Positions 9,901 to 17,461 of a stretch of 64,000 nt of DNA are shown here, in pieces. The translations under genes and the position numbers were made by a program. The number at the start of each line of letters is the position of its first letter. Positions within the stretch are counted from its first letter, which is position 1. The stretch comes from an uncultured Christensenellaceae bacterium (GTDB lineage Bacteria; Bacillota; Clostridia; Christensenellales; DTU072), in contig CAZTFQ010000007.1 in the NCBI GenBank assembly GCA_964613035.1, positions 8,409 to 72,408 of the forward strand. Reading direction: 5' to 3'. The notes beneath the pieces were generated by a model. It saw nothing but the letters and a program-made list of their open reading frames with translations, was not told the origin of the DNA and made no database searches.

Positions 9901-12900
9901 CCAAGTATTACGTGTACCTCAACGACGTACTCTTCCGTATCTTCACTACGACGGAAATGGGTGTAGCCGGATCCGGCGAGCCGATAGAAGTGGGCTTCGG
10001 TTTCAGATTGGACGACAGCCTCCCCAAGAGCGTCACGCTCTCAGACTGGAGCTACAGCGCAGACGTTGAGGAGCCCGTGATAGAAGAAGGCGAATATACT
10101 CTGGTCGGCAATATGCCCGCTACCCAGAGCTTCGATGACGACGGCTCTTACTCCGTTACTACCAAGCAACTGGTCGATACCGCAATCCTTATCAACGAGT
10201 CCAAAGAGATCCGTGGTAATAATTGGACGGCTTCCGTCAATATCAAGACCTCCACGCTCTCCGTCTGGCAAGTATACGGAATTGCAATTCAATACTCCAA
10301 CGGCGATTACGCTATCGTAGGACCTTCGCAGAGAGGAGATTCCGCTACTGTAATGATAGTGCCCGTGGTCAACGCTTATCATAAGGGATTCTATGAATCG
10401 ACCAACAGTATGAACATAGCGTCGAACGTCATAGACAAGTATTTGAGTCAAGAAAACCTTAACGTAAAAGTAACTTACTACGAGTCTCAATACTACGTGT
10501 ATCTCAACGACGTCCTCTTCCGCGTATTCAGTGCGGCAGAACTCGGCGTAAGCGAGAGCGGAGACCCCGTTAAGGTCGGCTTCGGCTTCAGAATCGACCA
10601 CTTCGGCGACGTAGACACCAGAAGCCTTACCTTGTCCGACTGGAGCTACTCTATAGAGTCGGAAAAGCCCGAACTGCCCGAGGACAAAGGTCTGGAATTG
10701 GTCGGCAACGCGCCGTACGGACAAGTCTTCAACTCGGACGGTTCCTGGACCGTGACTACCACCAAGTGGACCTCTACCGGTATCCTTATAAAAGATTCCG
10801 TCGCAATCCAAAACAAGAATTGGACCGCTTCCGTCAACGTCAAAGTAGACACGCTCACCTTCTGGCAGGTATACGGAATAGCTATTAAGTATTCAGATGG
10901 AAGACATATAGTTATCGGTGTCAGCCAGAGAAACTCGGTCGAGTCGGTACAAATAGCCGCTCTGCTGAACAACGCGTACGCAAGTTACGTCGGTTACGAC
11001 ACGACCAACGGCATCGGCATTAATAACGAACTGGCGATATATGGTACTAAAGAAAATCTCAACGTCAAGATCACGTACTACGATTCTCTGTACTACGTGT
11101 ACCTCAACGACGTCTTGTACCGTATATTCAGCGCGGCGGATCTCGGAATAAGCGAATACGGCACTCCCGTCCAAGTCGGATTCGGTTTCAGAATCGACGA
11201 TTATAACGGTGTAACTTCCAGAAGCCTCACTTTCTCCGACTGGGGATATGAAATAGACGTAGAGAAACCCGCGCCGGTCAAGAGCAACAATCTGACGGTA
11301 GTAGGTGCAGTACCTGCCGAGTCGTATGTTGCGGAAGACGGTTCCTACACTGCCAAGACCGAACAACCCGCGATGATTGCTACGGGCGTATTGATGAATG
11401 CGTCTAGCGAGATTCAGGGTAAGAACTGGACCGCGGAAGTCAATGTCAAGACTGCTACGCTCACGTTATGGCAGACCTACGGAATAGCTATTAAGTACTC
11501 TAACGACAGTTATGTCGTTATCGGCGCAAGCCAGAGAGGTTCTGCCGACAAGATCATAATAGTATCGTGGCTCAACGGTGGTTACGTAGGAGAATTCGAT
11601 CAGTCCAACACCGTCGGACTAGCAGACGTGCTGGGACAGTATCTTAACAATGAAAACCTTAACGTTAAAGTGACCTACTACAACGCTCAGTACTACGTGT
11701 ATCTCAATGACGTCCTGTTCCGCGTATTCAGTGCGGCAGAACTCGGAGTAGGCGAGTGCGGCGAGCCCGTGGCGGTAGGCTTCGGTCTCAGAATAGACGA
11801 CTTTAACACGACGACCACGCCTAGCCTGACGTTCTCCGATTGGGGATACAGTATAGACGTAGCCGAGCCCGCGGCTGTCAGCAATGACTTAACTCTGGTC
11901 GGAGTATCGCCCTATACCTTGGTGCACAATCCCGACGATTCCTACACGGCGACCGCTAATGAGATTGTCACTACAGGACTCCTTATCAACACTTCCGGCG
12001 ATATCCAAGGTAAGAGTTGGACCGCTCAGGTCAATATCAAGACCTCGACGCTATCTTTCTGGCAGGTATACGGAATAGCAATTCAATATTCCGACGACAA
12101 TTATGCCATCATAGGACCTTCTCAGAGAGAAAATTCCACAAGTATTGTTATGATAGTGCCCGTAGTCAACGGTTATCATAAGGGATTCTATGAATCGACC
12201 AACACCGTCGATATGCCCAATGTGATTAATACGTATTTGTCGCAAGATAACCTTAAGGTAAAAGTGACGTACTACAATTCGCAATACTACGTGTACCTTA
12301 ACGACGTCCTCTTCCGTATATTCAGTGCGGCGGAGCTCGGAGTGGCGGAATTAGGCGAGCCCGTAAAAGTCGGCTTCGGTTTCAGACTGGACGACAGTCT
12401 GCCTAAGAGTCTCACTTTCTCCGACTTCTCATACGGTATCAATTTGGACGAGCCTAAGGTCGGTACCAACAATCTGACGGTAGTAGGCAGTACGCCCGCT
12501 TCTCAAGTCTGCAACGCGGACGGCTCATACACGGTGACCACCGACGCACTCGTTAATACGGGTTTACTCATCGGTTCTTCCAGCGACGTCACCGGCAAAA
12601 ACTGGACCGCTCGCGTCAAAGTCAGTACTGCGGAGCTGTCCAACTGGCAGACCTACGGAATCGCAGTCAAGTACGAGGGCGGCAACTATGCCGTTATCGG
12701 CGTCAGCCAGAGAGGATCTACCGATTGGATTCAGACGATATCGATTCTCGACGCCAATTGGAAAGGATTCTTGAATACGAGCAACAGCATCGGCATGGCT
12801 AAGGTTCTGGGCGAGTATATGAGTAAAGAATGGCTGGATATCAAGGTTACGTATTACGATTCTCAGTACTACGTGTATCTTAACGACGTCCTGTTCCGCG

Positions 12901-13664
12901 TAGCGAGTGCGGCAGAATTTGAAATAGGCGATTGCGGAGCTCCCGTACAGGTCGGTTTCGGTTACAGAATCGACGACTTCACGGGTGTGGACTCCAGAAG
13001 TCTTACCTTCTCCGACTGGGGATACGAAATAGACGTGGATGCGCCTGCGGCTGTGAACAACGACATGACCATAATCGGTAATACTCCTAACGTGTTGGTT
13101 CTCAGTCCCGACGGTACTTATACCGCAAGGACCGCGGTTACAAGTGGGGTCAATACGGGGATTATGCCTAATTCTTCTACCGAGATAGCGGGTAAGAACT
13201 GGTCCGCGGAAGTCAATTTCAAGACCTCTACGCTCACGTTATGGCAGACCTACGGAATAGCGATTAAGTATTCCACCGGGAATTACGTTATTCTGGGTGC
13301 CAGCCAGAGAGGTTCCGCGAATGCGATTGCAATGGTGGATTGGCTCGATTCCTCTTATAAGGGAGAGTTCACGACGACCAACGATAGCGAAGAGATGACC
13401 GGCATACTCGATTCTTATCTTAACGAAGAGAACCTTAACGTTAAAGTGACGTACTACGAGTCTCAGTACTACGTATATCTCAACGGCGTCCTCTTCCGTA
13501 CGCTGAGTGCGACGGAGCTCGGAGTAGAAGACTTCGGAGAGCCCGTGCAGGTCGGTATCGGCTTCAGAATGGACGACTGGAGTACGTCGACCACGCCGAG
13601 CCTTAGCTTCTCCGACTGGAGTTACGGCGTAGACGTAGCCGCTCCTCAAGGTAGCGAGGAGTAA
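6999..13664 (+). CDS. Giant surface lipoprotein (2,221 aa): DOMON/CBM9-like, lectin-like and Ig-like domains, then 8 tandem ~195-aa repeats
   Basis: ATG 6999 follows the AGGGG RBS (the track's GTG 6990 abuts it). Lipobox FAGC. IDGVLDEDVW (CBM9/DOMON-like); VTITIKPNNGYVLSSFTVN (B-repeat-like); IRGTVYS..VLGGAKI (carboxypeptidase-regulatory-like). No catalytic motif recognised. Confidence 0.8.
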   Translation: MKKIGNRLFFVIAVILVVAFAIVCFAGCNDDPDAGKVEYDNEYEWEYDREFQGEPDEGMNIDGVLDEDVWKDSNRKWLTFSEKGATVSYTSYFTQKGLYLASTVTDPNLTWTARLNFNDATALNSAFCYLITSENVETLQMFTLYRFAFDSKNKASREQTPFAAKAVTDGDIEAGEATVMTGEFFATWDDLNMEVSEETGMPNLVNVIPKYRVVVDTDDNTANKWIMPLFAEEYRLHCYSRFNENGYMNVDAEDAVWGNAANGISKSDGWSISEDDPTVVTSDKAHSQGIFLTDKRSDRYIYSVDMQLVDGIAGVDGSDGIFRAGIATMCENSNDFTTLLVEGKGLENNQLRMYRLKIGPWEYTNAVNQKLSSEYNFEERNQTVTLKVIKDGANFYYFAEGELIYFNTEEDLAGECCPGVYTLSTEATFSNPQFTDFSDNAEELRRMISEYVYLIDAPASISGGKVEVDNTAIDKNDTNKTVTITIKPNNGYVLSSFTVNDEDKFDYVVENIDNGLLTLEVDESIAIDAEFTRFDRGNEVVKIRGTVYSSNGTGVLGGAKIKAYDLSNPLFCYDMGTNTQGRFELSFLKPQDSAYVIGDKEYVVGSEYVVMVSFEDGGFPVVKNFSANSADANGIIEYSFNTESTYDIVGDKPAYEEFNMDGSYTATATAIDNTAIFINNSSEIQGKNWTASVNVRTSTMTIWQVYGVAVKYADGQYMILGPSQRGSASWVQVIPVVNGSHKGFYDATNSDMSAVIASYTDEENLNVKVTYYESEYYVYLNDVLFRIFSAAELGVGEYGEPIEVGFGFRLDDSLPKSVTLSDWGYEIDVEAPVVPAGNSLELMGIMPASQQFNDDGSYTATAEAITTTALLIKDSAEIAGKSWTASVNIKTSTMTIWQVFGVAVKYSNGDYAIIGPSQRGSAGWTQIIPVVNGIHKGFYDSTNINMTGVLGSYLAQENLSVKVTYYGAKYYVYLNDVLFRIFTTTEMGVAGSGEPIEVGFGFRLDDSLPKSVTLSDWSYSADVEEPVIEEGEYTLVGNMPATQSFDDDGSYSVTTKQLVDTAILINESKEIRGNNWTASVNIKTSTLSVWQVYGIAIQYSNGDYAIVGPSQRGDSATVMIVPVVNAYHKGFYESTNSMNIASNVIDKYLSQENLNVKVTYYESQYYVYLNDVLFRVFSAAELGVSESGDPVKVGFGFRIDHFGDVDTRSLTLSDWSYSIESEKPELPEDKGLELVGNAPYGQVFNSDGSWTVTTTKWTSTGILIKDSVAIQNKNWTASVNVKVDTLTFWQVYGIAIKYSDGRHIVIGVSQRNSVESVQIAALLNNAYASYVGYDTTNGIGINNELAIYGTKENLNVKITYYDSLYYVYLNDVLYRIFSAADLGISEYGTPVQVGFGFRIDDYNGVTSRSLTFSDWGYEIDVEKPAPVKSNNLTVVGAVPAESYVAEDGSYTAKTEQPAMIATGVLMNASSEIQGKNWTAEVNVKTATLTLWQTYGIAIKYSNDSYVVIGASQRGSADKIIIVSWLNGGYVGEFDQSNTVGLADVLGQYLNNENLNVKVTYYNAQYYVYLNDVLFRVFSAAELGVGECGEPVAVGFGLRIDDFNTTTTPSLTFSDWGYSIDVAEPAAVSNDLTLVGVSPYTLVHNPDDSYTATANEIVTTGLLINTSGDIQGKSWTAQVNIKTSTLSFWQVYGIAIQYSDDNYAIIGPSQRENSTSIVMIVPVVNGYHKGFYESTNTVDMPNVINTYLSQDNLKVKVTYYNSQYYVYLNDVLFRIFSAAELGVAELGEPVKVGFGFRLDDSLPKSLTFSDFSYGINLDEPKVGTNNLTVVGSTPASQVCNADGSYTVTTDALVNTGLLIGSSSDVTGKNWTARVKVSTAELSNWQTYGIAVKYEGGNYAVIGVSQRGSTDWIQTISILDANWKGFLNTSNSIGMAKVLGEYMSKEWLDIKVTYYDSQYYVYLNDVLFRVASAAEFEIGDCGAPVQVGFGYRIDDFTGVDSRSLTFSDWGYEIDVDAPAAVNNDMTIIGNTPNVLVLSPDGTYTARTAVTSGVNTGIMPNSSTEIAGKNWSAEVNFKTSTLTLWQTYGIAIKYSTGNYVILGASQRGSANAIAMVDWLDSSYKGEFTTTNDSEEMTGILDSYLNEENLNVKVTYYESQYYVYLNGVLFRTLSATELGVEDFGEPVQVGIGFRMDDWSTSTTPSLSFSDWSYGVDVAAPQGSEE
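8934..13661 (+). repeat. Eight tandem intragenic repeats of ~580-600 bp
   Basis: Units start at about 8934, 9516, 10095, 10692, 11292, 11889, 12474 and 13065. Each carries DGSY, GK(N/S)WTA.VN.KT, WQ.YG.A.KY, G(P/V/A)SQR, NLNVKVTYY..YYVYLNDVLFR, VGFG.R.DD, SLT(L/F)SDW. Confidence 0.97.
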
Positions 13665-13675
13665 CAGAAAAAGTT

Positions 13676-13701
13676 TCGTGCTCCCCGGACAGGGAGCACG
13701 A
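13676..13701. other. Strong intergenic stem-loop without downstream U-tract (mRNA stabiliser or weak terminator)
   Basis: TCGTGCTCCC-CGGACA-GGGAGCACGA: perfect 10-bp stem between the giant lipoprotein gene and the ABC ATPase gene. Confidence 0.7.
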
Positions 13702-13751
13702 GAGGATATTACTAGGGAGAAGGATGAATATATGTTAACCGTAGAGGAAGA

Positions 13752-14474
13752 ATGGCTGAAATAGAATTAAAAGACGTAAGTGTAATCTACAGTAACAAAA
13801 GGACCGATACCGTTGCGCTGAACAACTTCAGCGCAACGTTTCGTGACGGAATGAACGTCATCGTCGGATATTCCGGATGCGGCAAGACGACTCTTCTTAA
13901 TTGTATATTGGGACTGGTGAATTACGACGGGAAGATATTTTTCGACGGTACGGATCTGGCAGACGTCAGAATCAAGGACCGTAATTTTTCTTTCGTATCG
14001 CAAGAATACGTGCTCTTTCCTCACAATACGGTGTTCGACAATATCGCGTTTCCTCTTAAAGTAATGGGCGCTAGCAGGCAGGAGATTATAGAGAGAGTGA
14101 AGCAAGTCGCGGAAATGACCGACATCGCTCATTGTCTGTCGCGGAGCCCCAAGCATATTTCGGGCGGTCAGCAACAGAGGACTGCGGTCGCCAGAGCGCT
14201 CGTCAAGCGTCCGTCGGTCTGTCTTATGGACGAGGCTTTTTCCAACACGGACGAATTGGCTCGTGCCAAAATGTGCGTCTGGGTGAAGAATCTGTTGAAA
14301 AAAGAAGGCTGTATGGCTATCTACGTCACGCATAACTTCAGAGAAGCACTTTCTCTCGCGGACACCCTCTACGTTATGGACGAGGGGCAATTGTCGATAT
14401 GCGGCACTCCGGAAGAGGTCTATAAATCCGACAACGAAGTCGTCCGCAATCTGAAAGAAGGGCTGTTTTTTTAA
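13752..14474 (+). CDS. ABC transporter ATP-binding protein (short, no C-terminal TOBE domain)
   Basis: Walker A GYSGCGKTT, Q-loop, signature ISGGQQQR, Walker B LMDE, H-loop YVTH. Confidence 0.93.
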   Translation: MAEIELKDVSVIYSNKRTDTVALNNFSATFRDGMNVIVGYSGCGKTTLLNCILGLVNYDGKIFFDGTDLADVRIKDRNFSFVSQEYVLFPHNTVFDNIAFPLKVMGASRQEIIERVKQVAEMTDIAHCLSRSPKHISGGQQQRTAVARALVKRPSVCLMDEAFSNTDELARAKMCVWVKNLLKKEGCMAIYVTHNFREALSLADTLYVMDEGQLSICGTPEEVYKSDNEVVRNLKEGLFF

Positions 14475-14495
14475 CGATGAAAAAGAGGTGATTGA

Positions 14496-14978
14496 ATGAT
14501 AGCTCTTTTTTCCGATACAGCCGCGGAAGCGGTGAAGAAGAAAAGAAAAAAATATATTCTGATAAGCCTCGTTACGGTCTTAATCGTCTTAATAGCGAGT
14601 ATAACGCTATGCTTTTTCGTCGACGACGACAACGCGGTTCTTTTTGAGATAATAGATATAGTATTATGTTCCGCGGGATTTTGCACGGCGTTGTTTTTTA
14701 TATTTAACGTTATTGTCCCTCTCGGCGACAGGCAAAAGCATCTCTACAGAATGCTCGACGGCGACAAACGTATCGTCTCGGGCGAAGTCTCCGAGTGCGG
14801 CGGAGCGATTACTCTGTCTAAAAACGTCTCCGCATACGAGATTACTCTCCGTACCGACGACAATGCTGAAAATCTCCTCTATTGGGATACGGAATACGCT
14901 CTCCCCGATATCGTCGGCAAGAGAATCGATTTTCAAGTAGTGCAAAACATAGTCTACGGGTACGAAGAAAAAGAATGA
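14496..14978 (+). CDS. Hypothetical membrane protein (2 TM plus small OB-like soluble domain)
   Basis: RBS GAGGTG; two hydrophobic helices; ATGA overlap with the next gene. Confidence 0.7.
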   Translation: MIALFSDTAAEAVKKKRKKYILISLVTVLIVLIASITLCFFVDDDNAVLFEIIDIVLCSAGFCTALFFIFNVIVPLGDRQKHLYRMLDGDKRIVSGEVSECGGAITLSKNVSAYEITLRTDDNAENLLYWDTEYALPDIVGKRIDFQVVQNIVYGYEEKE

Positions 14979-15577
14979 AAGCGTTTTTTAAAAAGATAAA
15001 GAATAATATTTGGGCGTATCTTCTGTGCATCTTCGTAGTCATAATAATGTGGAGCGGAGTGTTCAGCTTCCTCACCGTAGTGGACGAGGAAGAAAAGGTG
15101 TCCGTCTTCATAGGAAGTTATTCTCAGAGCTTCACTCGGACATCCGAGCTGGAAGAGTCCCGTCCCGATTATATCAAGAAGGTGGAAGTAACCGCCAGAG
15201 TTCTCAATTCACTGTATTTCGACGTGTATCTGAGTATGTTCGGTTACAGCAACGCGGATATATTGATTTTGCCGGAGAGCCTGGCGACCGCGGAAAACTG
15301 TGAATTGTATTTCGCGGAGATATCCCCCGAGTACGTCGAAGAGCTGGACAATCTCGGAGTATTCGAGTATAACGATAAAGTCTACGGACTGAAAGTACAC
15401 TCCAAAGGTATCGACGACGGATTGATTACGTGTATCGATTATTCCGCGGGAGACGAGGACGAAAACTATTATATGTTCTTCAGAAACAATTCTCTCCATA
15501 TCGGAGAGATGTCGGAAGAGGACGGCGAGACGGACGTCGCCGCGATAGAAATAGCTAAGAAGCTGCTTGAGTTATGA
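14975..15577 (+). CDS. Hypothetical membrane-anchored protein (single N-terminal TM, acidic extracellular domain)
   Basis: Probable start ATG 14975 (MKAFFKKIK...) overlapping the upstream stop; TM AYLLCIFVVIIMWSGVFSFL; stop overlaps the next ATG. Confidence 0.7.
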   Translation: MKAFFKKIKNNIWAYLLCIFVVIIMWSGVFSFLTVVDEEEKVSVFIGSYSQSFTRTSELEESRPDYIKKVEVTARVLNSLYFDVYLSMFGYSNADILILPESLATAENCELYFAEISPEYVEELDNLGVFEYNDKVYGLKVHSKGIDDGLITCIDYSAGDEDENYYMFFRNNSLHIGEMSEEDGETDVAAIEIAKKLLEL

Positions 15578-16497
15578 GAAAAGTAAGAAGCGCAAAAGAA
15601 GACTTTACCGAGCAAGATTTGCCTGCTACCAGAAAACAGGTCTTTTTCGATTGCTACAGAGAACAATTCTCTTTGGTTATGCGACTGGGTTTTGTATGCG
15701 TCGCACTCGTTTTGCCCGCAGTCATCGCGATGATGCTTAAGGACAATTATATAGTCTCCGAGACTGCTAAGCTCACTGAAATAACCTCCGAGACTCTCGC
15801 GCCGATATATTACGCGGCGAGGATGAGATACGGGATTATGTCCGTGTTGACGTTCACGTTGTTCTTCGCAATCTTTGCGGGGCTCGTGAGAATAATACGT
15901 CAATTCGTATGGAGAGAGCCTGTCTTCTGGAAAGAAGACTTCGCGGCGGGATTGAAGAACGATTCCGGCAGATTCGCACTGGTCGCGTTTTTCGTAGCCG
16001 TACTCGATTACATTATAGGATTACTCGACGGATCCGTACTGACTTATATATTCTTCGGAATATTCGTCGGATTGATTTTGCCCGTCATGATATGGACCCT
16101 CCTCCAGACGGTGTATTATAAAATCGGATTTTTCGGAAGTCTCAAAAACGGTATTTTATATTATTTGAAGACGCTTCCGGTTACCTTATTGTTGGTTTTG
16201 GTTACCGTATTGCCGTTTTGGTTGATAACGGAACTGGTTCCGATACCGCTCGTCAAATATCTGGCGATATTCTTATTGGGACTTGTATACATCGTCCCGA
16301 TTACAATGATTTGGCTACTCTTCGCCAACAAATATTTCGACGAGATTTTGAATAAAAAGCAGTACCCGAGTATCTATAGAAGGGGACTGAGGCCTCTCGA
16401 GGAAGACACCGACGAAGCGACCCCGGAAGAGCCCGAGGACCCCGAACAAGTACAATCCGAACAAGAGTCGGAGTCCGTGCAAGAACAGAAACAATAG
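15574..16497 (+). CDS. Integral membrane protein, DUF624/YesL-like
   Basis: About 6 TM helices. DFAAGLKND and FFGSLKNGILY resemble YesL-type proteins found in sugar loci. Acidic C-terminal tail. Confidence 0.6.
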   Translation: MRKVRSAKEDFTEQDLPATRKQVFFDCYREQFSLVMRLGFVCVALVLPAVIAMMLKDNYIVSETAKLTEITSETLAPIYYAARMRYGIMSVLTFTLFFAIFAGLVRIIRQFVWREPVFWKEDFAAGLKNDSGRFALVAFFVAVLDYIIGLLDGSVLTYIFFGIFVGLILPVMIWTLLQTVYYKIGFFGSLKNGILYYLKTLPVTLLLVLVTVLPFWLITELVPIPLVKYLAIFLLGLVYIVPITMIWLLFANKYFDEILNKKQYPSIYRRGLRPLEEDTDEATPEEPEDPEQVQSEQESESVQEQKQ

Positions 16498-16553
16498 ACA
16501 ATACAATCGTAAAACACATTATAGAATACAACAAGCCAGAGAAGGAGAACGAT

Positions 16554-17414
16554 ATGATTTATATTGCAGGAAGTCTGAATATGGATATGGTGATAACCAG
16601 CCCTTATATCCCTAAAGAGGGCGAGACGATTACGGGCGGCGATTTCATCACCAACGGCGGCGGAAAAGGTGCCAATCAGGCAGTGGCGTGCGCCAAGCTC
16701 GGCGGCAAGGTTGCGATGTGCGGAGCGGTCGGAGACGATATCTTCGGCGTGACTCTTATCGACAATCTGAATAAGGTCGGCGTCGACACGACTCATATAA
16801 GCGTGGTTAAGGGAGTCTCTACGGGGATAGCCGTCATTATAGTCACCGACAATAACAATCGCATCATCCTGGATAAAGGCGCCAATGCCCGTCTGACGAA
16901 AGAAAACATCCGCGACTTCTTAAAAGACGCTCAAGCGGGGGATATATATCTTACTCAGCTCGAGAACCCCGTCGACGTAGTGGGATACGGACTGAAATTG
17001 GCTAAGGAAAAGGGACTCTTTACGATTTTGAATCCCGCTCCCGCCGATACGGATATATCGGAATATTTCGAGTACGTCGATTTAATCACGCCCAACGAAA
17101 CCGAGTCGGAACTCTTCGGAGGCAAAGAGTCGCTGTTTTCCGAAGGCATCGAGAAGATCGTCACGACTCTCGGCGGCAGAGGATACGAGATTGCCTCCAA
17201 GGAAGGCTCCGTCGTATATCCTTGTATGAAAGTTAACGTCGTCGATACTACGGCAGCGGGCGATACCCTGTGCGGCGGGCTGGCGGTCGGACTCTCGGAA
17301 AACATGTCGCTCGAGGACGCTTGTGCATTGGGTAGTAAAGCTGCATCTATCGCGTGCGAAAAGAGAGGCGCGCAACAGTCTATTCCGACAAGAAAAGAGG
17401 TTGAAACCTATTAA
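16554..17414 (+). CDS. rbsK: Ribokinase (PfkB family)
   Basis: GSLNMD, GGKGANQAVA, VGDDIFG, ILNPAP, PNETE, VDTTAAGDT motifs. Confidence 0.88.
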   Translation: MIYIAGSLNMDMVITSPYIPKEGETITGGDFITNGGGKGANQAVACAKLGGKVAMCGAVGDDIFGVTLIDNLNKVGVDTTHISVVKGVSTGIAVIIVTDNNNRIILDKGANARLTKENIRDFLKDAQAGDIYLTQLENPVDVVGYGLKLAKEKGLFTILNPAPADTDISEYFEYVDLITPNETESELFGGKESLFSEGIEKIVTTLGGRGYEIASKEGSVVYPCMKVNVVDTTAAGDTLCGGLAVGLSENMSLEDACALGSKAASIACEKRGAQQSIPTRKEVETY

Positions 17415-17461
17415 CGACGATTCCGATTCTGTAAGGCAGGAATAAAAAACAGGAGAAAAAT

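Noticed and set aside
8934-13661. Regularly spaced nucleotide repeats as a possible CRISPR array or DGR template/variable repeat
   Set aside because: The period is ~590 bp, the repeats are in-frame protein domains, differences are not adenine-specific, and no cas or reverse-transcriptase gene is present.
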